A stretch of 63,626 bases of DNA, filler included, from Candidatus Nanoarchaeia archaeon (GTDB taxonomy: Archaea; Nanobdellota; Nanobdellia; Woesearchaeales; DATDTY01), in NCBI GenBank assembly GCA_035290625.1. It is 5 parts of 5 records of this genome, joined end to end, with 100 filler letters (N's around TTAATTAATTAA, not from the genome) between each part and the next. Parts side by side here need not be neighbours in the genome. Positions count along the whole stretch, not along the records: positions 35,583 to 48,158 come from DATDTY010000023.1; 4 more parts are not named here. One strand, written 5' to 3'. Below, one piece after another: positions 35,483 to 46,900 of the stretch. Below the pieces are notes generated by a model that ran no database searches, had not been told where the DNA came from, and worked only from the letters and a program-made list of their open reading frames with translations. A program made the position numbers and the translations under genes. The stretch's first letter is position 1, and every line of letters starts with the position of its first letter.

Positions 35483-35582
35483 NNNNNNNNNNNNNNNNNN
35501 NNNNNNNNNNNNNNNNNNNNNNNNNNTTAATTAATTAANNNNNNNNNNNNNNNNNNNNNNNNNNNNNNNNNNNNNNNNNNNN
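35483..35582. other. Artificial contig linker
   Basis: N-run with TTAATTAATTAA. Confidence 0.97.
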
Positions 35583-35799
35583 TATAGCTAAAGCTACTCA
35601 GATCTGTCTGTATCATTTGATCTTCCTCCGAAGGATAGCACAGCTTCAACGCTTTTTGGCTATCCTTCGGTTTTCTTTAAGAAAAAGGAGATTTTATGTT
35701 TTCCCACTTAAGTTGACTTAACCCATATAAAGAAACATTTATAAATAAGCCAAGGTTCCTGAAAACATCCCGTAATACTATCTTTGATAGGAGGGTGCA

Positions 35800-36489
35800 A
35801 TGCAAAAACAGGAGATAAAACGCATTCTGGAAAAGGTACGTAAGGAAGCTCCGAAGAAGAAGTTCACCCAGTCAATAGATTATATCGTCAGTTTTAAGGA
35901 TCTTGACCTGAAAAAAACAGAGAACCAGGTAGAATTCTTTGTAGTCCTTAATCATGGAACAGGGAAGGAGAGCAGGATCTGCAGCCTGGTAGGCCCGGAG
36001 CTTATTGAGAATGCAAAAGTAAGTTCAGACACGGCAATTCTTGTTGACGACTTTGACAAGGTTGCCAAAGACAAAAAGTTGATTAAGGGGCTGGCAGACA
36101 AACATGCGTTCTTCATAGCACAGGCAGCCATTATGCCAAAAGTTGCCAGCGCCTTTGGCCGTGTGCTTGGCCCCAGGGGCAAAATGCCAAACCCGAAAGC
36201 TGGCTGCGTTGTTCCGCAGAACATAAATCTCAAGCCAGTTGTCGAGAAGCTAAAAAAGACAGTCAAAGTGAGCATCAAAAAGGGCCCGTTCTTTATGGCC
36301 AGGGTTGGGGCAGAATCCTCAAATGATGAGGAGATCGTAGACAATGTATTCACGCTTTACAATGCAATTCTGCACCACCTTCCAAAAGAGAAGCACAACA
36401 TCAAATCCCAGTATCTCAAGACCACAATGGGCAAACCGGTTCATTTCGAAAGCCAAGACGCTGTGAAGCAGAATGAAAAAGATTCCTGA
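35800..36489 (+). CDS. rpl1: 50S ribosomal protein uL1
   Basis: KKKFTQSID, GRVLGPRGKMPNP, LKTTMGKP. Confidence 0.95.
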   Translation: MQKQEIKRILEKVRKEAPKKKFTQSIDYIVSFKDLDLKKTENQVEFFVVLNHGTGKESRICSLVGPELIENAKVSSDTAILVDDFDKVAKDKKLIKGLADKHAFFIAQAAIMPKVASAFGRVLGPRGKMPNPKAGCVVPQNINLKPVVEKLKKTVKVSIKKGPFFMARVGAESSNDEEIVDNVFTLYNAILHHLPKEKHNIKSQYLKTTMGKPVHFESQDAVKQNEKDS

Positions 36490-37324
36490 AGCAAAAAAGA
36501 AGGTAGTTGATGAGTTTGCTGAGGCATTAGCATCATCAAAGGTCATCGCCGTCGTGAATATGGAGAATCTGCCTGCTGCCCAGCTGCAGACCATGGCTAA
36601 GATTCTTCGGAAAGACGTGCAGATCAAGATGACCAAGAAGCGGCTCCTTAACCTAGCTCTTGAAAAGGCCGTTAAGACAAGGCAGGATCTCGGAAAAATC
36701 AAAGATTACTTTATCGGTATGCCGGCATTGATCTTCACATCGCAGGATCCGTTTAAGCTCTACAGGAAGACCCAGCAATCAAAAGCAAAGGCCCCTGCAA
36801 AACCTGGCCAGATCGCTCCGATGGATATCGAGATCAAGGCAGGCCCGACACCATTTGTTCCAGGACCCATAATCAGCGAGCTCGCCCAGCTTGGGCTTAA
36901 AACCAAGGTTGAAGAGGGAAAGATAACAATTGTGCAGGACAAGATCCTGGTAAAGCAAGGAGAGAAAATCAACGAAAAACAGGCATCCCTGCTCCAGCGC
37001 CTTGACATCAAGCCGATGGAGATAGGCCTGAACATTGTTGCTGCCTTTGAGGACGGCATGATCTACACCAAGGAGGTCATGGCCCTGGACGACAAGAAAC
37101 TGATGGAAGATATAGCTGCTGCCTTCACAGAAACCTGCAACCTTATGGCAGAGATCTGCTATATAACAAGAGAAAATATCGAGATGTTCCTCGGAAAGGC
37201 AGCGGCAGAGGCAAGGGCCGTTGCATCTGAAGCAGGTATAATCACCAGCGAAACCATACCTGAACTTTTGGCAAAGGCAGAGGCAGAAGCAAAGGCAGTG
37301 AAAGACGAAGCTAAGCTAGCATAA
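36473..37324 (+). CDS. rpl10: 50S ribosomal protein uL10 (P0)
   Basis: APAKPGQIAP, GPTPFVPGP, LDIKPMEIGL. Confidence 0.95.
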   Translation: MKKIPEAKKKVVDEFAEALASSKVIAVVNMENLPAAQLQTMAKILRKDVQIKMTKKRLLNLALEKAVKTRQDLGKIKDYFIGMPALIFTSQDPFKLYRKTQQSKAKAPAKPGQIAPMDIEIKAGPTPFVPGPIISELAQLGLKTKVEEGKITIVQDKILVKQGEKINEKQASLLQRLDIKPMEIGLNIVAAFEDGMIYTKEVMALDDKKLMEDIAAAFTETCNLMAEICYITRENIEMFLGKAAAEARAVASEAGIITSETIPELLAKAEAEAKAVKDEAKLA

Positions 37325-37388
37325 CAAAAAAGATTAAAAGGGGTTGGAAACCCCGGTAAAAAAGCGCACAATAACGGAGGTAAAAGAA

Positions 37389-37691
37389 ATGGAATATGTC
37401 TATGCAAGCATGCTGCTTCATAAAGCAGGAAAAAAGATTGAGCCAGAGGCAGTCAAGAAAGTGCTTGAGGCCGCAGGCATCACGCCTGATGAGGCCAGGA
37501 TCAAGGCACTTGTGGCAGCACTCGAAAACGTCAATATAGACGAAGCTGTAAAAAAGGCAGCAGTTGCGCCAGCAGCGCCTGCTCCAGCGGCAGCAGCCAA
37601 AGAGTCTCCAAAGAGCGAAAAAAAGAGCGCTGAAGAGGAGAAAAAATCAGAGGAAGCTGCTTCAGCAGGTCTTGGCGCGCTGTTCGGTTAA
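37389..37691 (+). CDS. rpl12: 50S ribosomal protein P1/P2 (L12)
   Basis: [11 protein letters not shown], Ala-rich hinge, GLGALFG. Confidence 0.95.
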   Translation: MEYVYASMLLHKAGKKIEPEAVKKVLEAAGITPDEARIKALVAALENVNIDEAVKKAAVAPAAPAPAAAAKESPKSEKKSAEEEKKSEEAASAGLGALFG

Positions 37692-38540
37692 ATGCACGAA
37701 CTAGAGGCAAAAAAACAGATTGCAGCGCTCGGGAGAGAGGCTGCTGCATTGCGGCAGCAGCTCAACCAGAGCGCATCCCAAAAGAGGCAGATTCTTAGTG
37801 AATTGGATGCTCTTGAAGAGGAAATAGGCAGCAGTATTCTCGGAGCATCTGAAGCGAAGGCCAGGCGGGACGGGCGTACAAAGGAAGTCAAGGCTCAGAA
37901 AGATGCCAGAACTTTAGTTCAGGCAACCATGAAAGAAGTGATTGCAAGTCTTCGTTCAAGAGGAATGGGTAATCTCAAAAGGCTGCCAAGCCCGGAATCG
38001 ATTGAGGCGCAGATTCAAAGGCTTGAAGAAGCCATCGAGACCGAAGCATTCCCATTTGAGAAAGAGCAAAGACTGACCAAGAGGATCAAGATGCTCAAGG
38101 CTCAGAAGCTGGAGGCAAAACAGGCATTTGAGGAGCTGCAAAAAGAGAGGGAGAAGAGGGCTGAGATGGCAAGATTGAGGGGAGAAAGCGAGAAAGCCCA
38201 TGCAAATGTCCAGACTATGGCAGAGAAAAGCCAGATTGAGCATAACACCCTGATTGATTTTTTGCAGAAGGTTGATCAACTTAAGGAAAAAAAGAGGAGC
38301 AAACAGGCGATTCTTGACCAGAAGAGCAGAGAAATCAGATATCTCAGCTCGCAGCTGAAGGAAAAGCTTACGGAACTTGCCAAGCTGAGCGCAACAGTCC
38401 TAGGCTATGCGGATAAGAGGAAGCAGGCAGTAGAACAGCAGAAAGAGGAAAAGTTAAGGGGCATAAGGCAGAGAGCAGAGGAGAAACTGAGAACAAAAAA
38501 GAAGCTTACGACAGAAGATATCCTTGCTTTGCAGGCCTAA
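37692..38540 (+). CDS. Archaeal coiled-coil protein (COG1340-like)
   Basis: [20 protein letters not shown]-terminal [12 protein letters not shown]. Confidence 0.65.
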   Translation: MHELEAKKQIAALGREAAALRQQLNQSASQKRQILSELDALEEEIGSSILGASEAKARRDGRTKEVKAQKDARTLVQATMKEVIASLRSRGMGNLKRLPSPESIEAQIQRLEEAIETEAFPFEKEQRLTKRIKMLKAQKLEAKQAFEELQKEREKRAEMARLRGESEKAHANVQTMAEKSQIEHNTLIDFLQKVDQLKEKKRSKQAILDQKSREIRYLSSQLKEKLTELAKLSATVLGYADKRKQAVEQQKEEKLRGIRQRAEEKLRTKKKLTTEDILALQA

Positions 38541-38704
38541 GATTTTTTCATCTCAACATAGCTGCAGGTGCCGCACACATAGCGGTTTGCATGCTTGCCA
38601 AGGAAGACTCCGGCTCCGCATTTTGGGCAAAAGCGGTTTTTTCTGGTAATCTTTCCTGCTGAAATCTCGTACAGTTTGTACTTCTGTGAAACCTTTTTTG
38701 CCAT
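38537..38704 (-). CDS. rps27ae: 30S ribosomal protein eS31 (S27ae)
   Basis: Manual translation [46 protein letters not shown]. Confidence 0.93.
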   Translation of the reverse strand: MAKKVSQKYKLYEISAGKITRKNRFCPKCGAGVFLGKHANRYVCGTCSYVEMKKS

Positions 38705-38976
38705 TAGCTTGCCTTCTCTTTGCTTGCCTTTTTGGGCTTCTCAAATCGCTTCAGGCTCTCGGCGCTTGAATAGACATACGCAGCAACTTTTGCAACCTGG
38801 GAACCGCAGCCAGATGTAATCCTCTTAAGAACAACATGCCCAGCCTTGAATTGCTCTGTGAGTTGCTTCAAAACCTCGTCTTTAGAGGGAGTTTTTCCTG
38901 TAAAGGGAAGCTCTGCAGAAACTTCAACGCGTGACAGGAGAGGCTTCTCGACTTTGGCAATGGTTGTAAGGCTCAT
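38704..38976 (-). CDS. rps24e: 30S ribosomal protein eS24
   Basis: [22 protein letters not shown]; conserved gene order. Confidence 0.85.
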   Translation of the reverse strand: MSLTTIAKVEKPLLSRVEVSAELPFTGKTPSKDEVLKQLTEQFKAGHVVLKRITSGCGSQVAKVAAYVYSSAESLKRFEKPKKASKEKAS

Positions 38977-39158
38977 TTTACCTTGATAGCATAATCCCCT
39001 TCATAGGTTATGCTCATCCGCTTTGCAATCTCTGAATGCTTCGGATCGATGATAGAGATTTTCCCCTGGAAGAGCGAGGTAAAGGCAGATCCATGGCATT
39101 GGGGACAGACAGCATCATCAACAAATAGCTTGCACTCTTTGCACACTTTCTTGCTCAT
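38973..39158 (-). CDS. spt4: Transcription elongation factor Spt4 (RpoE'')
   Basis: CKEC..CPQC zinc ribbon, IIDP..SEIAK..G.YAIKV. Confidence 0.93.
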   Translation of the reverse strand: MSKKVCKECKLFVDDAVCPQCHGSAFTSLFQGKISIIDPKHSEIAKRMSITYEGDYAIKVK

Positions 39159-39763
39159 TTTTTCCTTTTCTCAGGCTTTTTTTCTTTCTTGATTTCCTTC
39201 TTGATTTCCTTGGTATCCTTGATTTCCTTTTTGGAGTCTTCTTCCACCCACTCCAGCTTTCCAAGCCCAGGCTGCCTCATGGTCAATCCAAGCTTGGGGT
39301 TGTTGATGTCCTTGTAGGAAACTGCAATAATCCGTGCTCTGCAGGTATCCCCTACCCGAAGTATCCGCTTGGTTTCCTTTCCGGTAAGGACCTTCTCTTT
39401 GGAAAAACTGACGAAATCGTCCATTGTCTGGGAGATGTGAATCATACCTTCGATAGGCCCGAGATTCAGGAAAGCCCCAAAGTCTGCGATATCCCGAATC
39501 TTTCCAACAACAACCTCCTGCATCTCTGGTTTGAATGCCAGCAGCTCAAAGACCGTATCATAATAAGACGCGCCATCCCCAGGTATGATAATTCCTTCGC
39601 CAAGGGTTTTGATTCCCAAGACATCGATCACAATCCCGATGTCCCTGGAGATGAATGCGCTGTATTCCCTCCGGATAACCTTGATAATAGCATCCTGGGA
39701 CTCCATCCCGAATAAGTTCGGAGGAACACGGACATGGTCATGAACAGTGCTTTTATAGAACAT
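39155..39763 (-). CDS. rpoE1: RNA polymerase subunit Rpo7 (E')
   Basis: DHVRVPP, GDGASYY, FGAFLNLGPIEGMIHISQ, LTMRQPGLGKLEW. Confidence 0.95.
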   Translation of the reverse strand: MFYKSTVHDHVRVPPNLFGMESQDAIIKVIRREYSAFISRDIGIVIDVLGIKTLGEGIIIPGDGASYYDTVFELLAFKPEMQEVVVGKIRDIADFGAFLNLGPIEGMIHISQTMDDFVSFSKEKVLTGKETKRILRVGDTCRARIIAVSYKDINNPKLGLTMRQPGLGKLEWVEEDSKKEIKDTKEIKKEIKKEKKPEKRKK

Positions 39764-39805
39764 GCGCTTTGGAACAGTGGTTGATTTAAAAACCTTTTTG
39801 TTTTT

Positions 39806-40180
39806 TCACTGCAGCACAAGATGCTTCTTTGATCTCATTCTGATTATCCGAATCCCTTTCTTGCCAAGCTTTGAAATCAGCCCCTTATCCTGCGTCGCTA
39901 CAATAGAATCTGAGTTCACTGCTTCAAGGATAGCTGCATCAACATATGCCTGATTTGTGTCGATAACCTCAACCTTCTTTGCCTCCAGCAGTTGCAGGGC
40001 CAATGCTGCAGCCCTGGCGTCTGCCCCTTTCTTTGCCGCAATCTTCCTCAGCTCCTCACGCGTTGATGAGAGCACTGTTAAAGTGTAGGGAAAAAGCGCT
40101 ATTCGCCCGATTTCTGAAAAGATATCTACATGGAACTGTCCTGGTATGAGCAGGAAGTTTGTGTCGAGAATGATTCTCAT
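39806..40180 (-). CDS. Fcf1/Utp24-like PIN protein
   Basis: IILDTNFLL, VDAAI, VATQDKGL; usual position upstream of rpoE1. Confidence 0.85.
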   Translation of the reverse strand: MRIILDTNFLLIPGQFHVDIFSEIGRIALFPYTLTVLSSTREELRKIAAKKGADARAAALALQLLEAKKVEVIDTNQAYVDAAILEAVNSDSIVATQDKGLISKLGKKGIRIIRMRSKKHLVLQ

Positions 40181-40450
40181 GCTATGCATGAATAGCCGGC
40201 CCTTTTTATTTGTTTAGGATACTTAATAAAGACTATATTAATACTTAATATATAATAAAAATACTTGATTAATAATAATATTTCTTGTTTTTTAAACGAT
40301 TTAATTGATAGCAATAGTAATTTTTATCTTAAAATAGGATATTATTCATTAATAAAGAATATAAAGATACTTATCTTACAGTAAAAATACTTAATTAAGA
40401 TGTATAAAAATAGAAACATATTTAAAGACAATCGGATATGATACTGCCAA

Positions 40451-40999
40451 ATGAGAACAAGGCGAATTGAAGACTCCCAGCCTATAGATCCGCTGCTGAA
40501 AAAGCTTCACGGAGTTCTTGAGGATAACAAGGTATCATTAGCCCAGATCATAGGAACTCTGCGCCGGGAGCACAGCCTTTCAGCTGCACAGATTCTGGAT
40601 GTTCTTGCAGAGAAAAAGGCTGTTGCAGAGGTTTCTGAGGCGTATGTTCCTGTAGCTGTATTCTCCGGCAGATTAAGCTGCTTGGAAGCCATAGTCAAAT
40701 ATCTCAAGGAAAACAAAACGAGCACATTCCATGATATTGGCAAGCTGCTGAAACGCAACGAGCGCAGCCTCTGGAAGACCTACCAGAATGCAAAGAGGAA
40801 GATGCCGGAGCATTTGGCAGTTGAAGAGTCAGAGTTCTCCTTCCCGCTCCAGATTCTCCACGACACTTCAAGGGGTGTAGTCGAGGCAGTGGTTACATGG
40901 CTTCACGATTCTAAGGGCCTCACATACCACCAGATTGCTGTTTTGATGAAACGAGACGACAGGTCAGTATGGACTGCTTACAACCGGAGGAGAAGATGA
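40451..40999 (+). CDS. Tandem HTH-repeat protein (putative regulator)
   Basis: Two repeats LEAIVKYLKE..FHDIGKLLKRNERSLWKTY and VEAVVTWLHD..YHQIAVLMKRDDRSVWTAY. Confidence 0.75.
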   Translation: MRTRRIEDSQPIDPLLKKLHGVLEDNKVSLAQIIGTLRREHSLSAAQILDVLAEKKAVAEVSEAYVPVAVFSGRLSCLEAIVKYLKENKTSTFHDIGKLLKRNERSLWKTYQNAKRKMPEHLAVEESEFSFPLQILHDTSRGVVEAVVTWLHDSKGLTYHQIAVLMKRDDRSVWTAYNRRRR

Positions 41000-43900
41000 A
41001 GCAGCAGAATCTGACGGTTGCTTCGATTTCCATACTCTTTGCTCTCATCATGGTTTCGCTCTTCTTTTTCAAAGAAGAGATAACAGGGATGGCATTTGTT
41101 GGGGAGTCAGCCTATACCGATAAGGTAAGCACCGTGCTGGAGGATGGCGGCTCCTTCAATTGGATCCCGTCAGTTTCAGGCAATATTACGTCTGTGAGGA
41201 TTTCAGGATCCCTCATTGGAAATGGAAGCGCGAGGCTCTACTTGAATGCCGCCGGAATGAAGTATCTCCTCTACGACACCACAAATAAGTCTCTTCCTAG
41301 CCAGATTACCGGATTCATTGTGGCTGACAGCTCCGAAGGAGAGGAAAACCCAATTGGCGATGAGCCCTCAGAGAATGAAACTGATGAAGAGAATAACAAT
41401 GAGGGCATATCAGAAGAAATAAGTGAATCTGGTGAAAATAATACGGTTGCGGCAAGTGAAGAAGGCGCCATTGAGAACGCAGCAATCGAGACGATTGAAG
41501 TCATCAATGCCACAAACGAAACATCCATCCTGAATGAGACTGCAGATGAGATAGATGCCGGTGCAGATGATACAACGATAAAAAAGATTGCAGCAAACCT
41601 TGCCTACAAATCCGGCACAGAGTTTGACCCAGATGATGATGGCGTTGTTCTGTCAGACCAGGTTGTTGATCTCACAGTTGAAGCTACAGAGTTCTCCTGG
41701 CCTGTGGATGAAGAAGTGCTCTGCGCGAGATGGGAGATAACGAATCTCGAGACAGGAACAAGCGACTTCATCTGCCAGGGCTCAGAAGCCTGCTGCAGCC
41801 TTGTTGGACTGGCTCCAATAAGCTCATCCTGGAAAGAGCCCCTGTATCTTTACAAATCGCTCTACAGCTCGGGTTCTTCCAATATGGTCAGTGCGCAGGT
41901 CGTTAGTGTGGAGCTGAATGAAACAGCCATACAGCTGGAGATTACCCAGTCAGAATTGGCATCTCTTCCGGTATCATTTGCTGATCTTACAAGCCAATTC
42001 AATGAGGTTTGCGAGGAGACCTGCTCTCTTCCTGGACTGCAGGGAGAGTTTTCAATCGAATTAGAAGCAGAAAATGCTCAAGTGTCAATTGCAAATATCA
42101 CATATACAGTCAGGGAGCAGAATCAGGATCCGATATGCTCCGAGATTCCCAATCTCACCTTTTCCAGAAACTCCGAGTATACGCTGAATCTGGCAGAATA
42201 CTGCTCTGATCCTGAGAGAGAATCGTTGGGCTACACTTCATCAGAAATAGAGAATATCAGTGTAACAATAACAAACGAAACGATGATTTTTGTTCCTGAG
42301 CTCGATTTCATTGGAAAGCGGTTTGGCTTCCTGAAGGTATCTGATGCAAGAAATCAGATCATCTCAAATGTCTTTGAGATAAGTGTAGTTGCCCAGAATG
42401 AGGGCATTGAGACAAAGAAGCCAAGCGTCGTTGTTGGCAAGCCTGTAAAATGGATAAAGATCATTAACCTCACCGAGCCAAGTAATGTAACGATACCCAT
42501 CCATGCTGAGGCAACAAACATCACAGTAAAGAAGATTGAACAAGGCAGAGAAACAGCGCTCAACAGCAACATAAAGATTAGGGAAAACTCCAGAGTGAAG
42601 TCGCTTGCTGAATACGAGCTGGAGAAGAGCAGGCGCACGATAGAAGTGCGGGCTGAGGGTATGCCTCTAATAACAGGGGCAGTGATTGGGGTCGATCAGA
42701 TTGCCCCGGCCAAAGAGGCCACTTCAGAGGTGGTGTATACCTTAACTCCAAACTGCTTCTTTAATCGCTTATCATTAGACCAGATAGGTGATTTTAATTT
42801 AAGCGCAAGCGCAAAATATTCAACATCATCGGGATCAGGGCATAGCGACGCAGCTTCTTTGAGAAATTCCTTGAATTCGGTTACTGGAATAAAAGTTACT
42901 TCCGTAGATAATAGTCTTTCTATAAGCCCAAATTCTCCAATATCGATTTTAGCCTTGGACATGACAACATGGCGGTATTTGGTGAGCTCCCTCAATGCGA
43001 ACCTTGGAGAAGAAAGCTTGAGCCTTGGGTTAAAGAGCAGTGAACGGGTCAAAGAAAACTTCCTAAATGCGGAAAATAGGCAGTTACAGTCAACAACAAA
43101 CTCCACTTACACCAGTCCTTGTTTCTTTAACTCTTCACTTCTCCCTTCCTTGGCCTTTCTGCCGAGCCGAATGCAGTCTTCCTCAGTCAATGTAGAATCC
43201 TTTAACCAGTCATCCATCTTCTTCAGCACCAAAGCCCTCTTAACCTTCTCTGACAAGAACCCCCTCGTTGCCTCTGACCAGTTGACTTCAGGCAACTTGT
43301 CCATCTGCTTCTTCAATGCATCAGGTATAGATAATGTTATGTTTGGCATAGTAGCTCCTCATGATTCTGTGTGTCCTGTGAAAGATGTGGAGATATATAA
43401 AGGTTTTGAAGAGCTGCAGAACCTCATAACAGGAGCTGCAGCTGGTGCAGGCATAATAAAAGAAAATCAGGGATCATATAATCTTGACCGTACATCGGCT
43501 GTTGTTAATGATTCAATTTTGCCAATCTTCTTAAATCTCTTTTCATATGACCAGAATGGGCAATTGAGTTTTAATGCCAGCGCAAGATACGGAGCATCTT
43601 TCTTATGCTCCCCTAGCAATGCCTCAGCCTTGGGCAATGATGAGATAAATTCCTCTGAGAGAACTGACTTTATTTTAATCTCAAGCAATGCCATCAGGAG
43701 GTCAAATTCCAGCCCAGAGAGTTTCGATTTGGATAATGCCTCGGCTTTATGCCGCCTGATTTCAGCGAACATCAGATCCGGTGAAACCAAGTCGAGTTTA
43801 GGAGAGAAGATGATATGCTCAAGCCTGCCAGCTATCAGGGAAGAAAGAACAATGTTGGCATCAACAACTAATAGCACTCACTTCAACTCCTCAAACTTCT

Positions 43901-46900
43901 TTTTGTACTTCTTGTATAGCCCTTCATTCACCTTTTTGCCCAATTCAAGTGCTCCGTTCTCTGAAAGCTTTGATTTGGCTACGATTGATTTAAACACTGC
44001 AAATTCGGCAGCTTTCTCGGATATTGCTTTCCTGGCTATTTCAGACCAGTTTATCTCCGGCAATGAATCCATTTCCTGCTTAAGATCCTCAGGTATTGCT
44101 AATGTTAATGTTGGCATGGGCATTCCTCCACTTGTGGTTAATACAAGTAATTATGTGTATTATGTAAAAGTATATAAATCTTTTGGCGATCCGGGAGAGC
44201 AAATGCTGTACCAGGACAAGCAGAGCGATGAGAACAAGGCATATGAAGCTTCCTCGCAAGGAACAGGCCTTATCACAGGAGCATCAATAATCACAGGCTT
44301 TGCAGCAGCAGAAACAGCGCAAGAAAACACCACAGAGCTGATCATCGAGGAAAATATAACACAGGCAGAGATTGAGTATTACACTGAAGGCCCAGCAGCA
44401 GAAGAGGTAAACATCTCAGACACCAAAAAGCTGATCACGATTTCCTCAGCCATCCACTATGAGGACATTCTTGCGTTTACTGAACTGCCGAGAGAGGTTT
44501 CCAGCAATGCGTTTTCATTATTTTGGCTCAACAATGGATCAAGAATAAAGGTTGAAACAACAAACTATGATACGAATAATAACAGCCTCATTGATTACAT
44601 TGAGTGGGTCATCCCTTCCTTGTCAAATCAGACCTATGAGTTAAGCCTTGAAATTCTTACACTTCACTCTGTTGCAACTCTCGGAGAGAACTGGACAGTG
44701 TATTTCAACACTACAGGCAGTGGGAATTTAACCATTTCTTTAGTAACCAATGAGACTTATAACACAACCTGGGGGGAATGGCCTGTTGATAATGAAACCA
44801 CTCCTGACCACCTTCGATTTATTGATTTAGTCGGAAGGAACAATAACGAAAGCTATCAATCAGTTGATCACAGCAAAGAACTCGATACTACAACAAATAA
44901 AATAATAAAAATAAAGAAAGAAGGATGGAACTACACTGAAGGAGTTCTTATCAATGAATGGCTGATTGAAGATTATCATGCCATACAATTCAACTTTAGC
45001 GGAATTATTGCGTATGCTTTGAATGCGCCTCCAACCCACACAGCTCCAGTCCTCAACTCAACAGACACTTCTACAAACAACACCAACCAGAATCTGACCT
45101 GTTACAACCAAACAACTGCAGGCGATGGGACTGTAAATGTCACCAATATATTTGCATGGTACAAGAATGGAGCACCGAATGTAAGCTTAAACATCCTAAA
45201 CGGAACTGCCTTAGATAGGTATTTGGTTGCGTGGTGGCCATTTGACAATGACTACTACGATTACGCGCTTGCAAACAACGGAACAAGGAATGGGGATGTA
45301 TTTATCAACAAGTCAGGCGGTTCTGTTCGGGGTGGTGGTGCAGCGCAATTTGATGGGACTGGGGACTCTGTTGCTATGACGAATGATGCGTCGGTTAAGA
45401 TTACAGCGAATCTGAGTGTGGAGGCGTGGGTTCGGCCGTTTGCTGTTACGTCTCAGAGTACTGTGGTAGGGAAGCTTTCGTCTAGTGCTGGGGGCCTATC
45501 GTATCGGTTTATTGTTGAGTCAAGTCAAGCATCGTTTGAGGTAAGCGCGGATGGGAATGGTTTTGGTGGTGGTGGGGTTCCTGGAGGAACTATTAATGCT
45601 GGTTCTTGGTATCATTTAGTAGGAACGTATGCTCCAAGTTCAGCGGTTACGCTGTATGTGAATGGAGCACAGGCTGCATCGGATACGAGTTCTATTACTG
45701 CTTCAATTTATGATTCGGACTCGGCAGTGTATGTTGGGAGCAGAAGTGATGGCAGTAATCTGTTTAATGGGATTATCGATGACGTGCGCATCTATAGGCG
45801 TACTCTCACTGCGACTGAGGCATATCAGCACTACATTGCAGGCCTTGGCAACCATACGGAAGCTAAGGCAACAATGCTTAGTAATTTCACAACTAATGGA
45901 GACACGTGGACATGTGAAGTGACTCCTATCGATTACCTAAGTTTGGGCAGCCCATTGAATTCAAGCAATATAACCATACTAGCGAGCGTTCCTCCAACCC
46001 ACACAGCTCCAGTCCTCAACTCAACAGACACTTCTACAAATAACACCAACCAGAACCTAACCTGTTACAATCAGAGCACTGCGGGAAGCAGCTTTAACAT
46101 CACAAACACCTTCACCTGGTATAAGAACGGAGTTTTGAACGCTTCTTCTGGCATCATGAACGGAACTGGATTTGACATAGGCTTGGTTGCATGGTGGCCT
46201 CTGGATAATAATCCCTCTGATTATGTGAACGCAAGTGACGGTAATCTGACAGGAGGAGCAACAGTTCCAAGAGTCAACAGGACCTCCTACGCAATGGGAG
46301 GCGGCAGCTACAGCTTTGATGCGATTGATGATTATATCTACATCAACTACAGCAAGGCCTGGAACTTCACAGGAGACTTTGCCATTGAAGCCTGGGCGAA
46401 ATCCTACAATGCAGACATCAGCAATGCATGGGGCTTTATCTCTGGCTGGAACTCATCAGGCGCTCATACATGGGCTCTCAATTGGTACTATGGCAGTGGG
46501 GCATATTTCTATTACTATAGTGATGCCCTGACTATCGGCAATTTTACAAATGTAGGAGGCTGGAATTATGTAGCAGTCTCCCGCATCAATGGAACATTAA
46601 AAGGTTACATGAATGCAAACGAAACAGTCACAAAGACATTTAATACACCTATTGGCGCAGCAAACCAGTTAATCATGGGAAGCTTCTATGCAGACGTAAA
46701 CCCCTCCTACTTGCTGCGAGGAGAGCTTGACGAGATTAAGATTTACAGAGGCAGAGGCTTGACAGATGCTGAAATCTACCAGCATTATGTTGCAGGACTT
46801 GGCAACCATACAGAATCTTTGGCAACAATGGTGCACAATTTCACAACAGCAGGGGACACATGGACTTGCGAGGTTACTCCAGTTGACTATGTGAGCTTAG

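Noticed and set aside
38553..38744. 63-aa ORF-track call over the S27ae locus
   Set aside because: Wrong frame; the real eS31 gene is 38537-38704
42696..44160. Many N-x-S/T sequons in the host-frame translation of the TA inserts
   Set aside because: Asn/Ser richness follows passively from reading Leu/Glu-rich genes in this antisense register; selection cannot be claimed without a shuffling test
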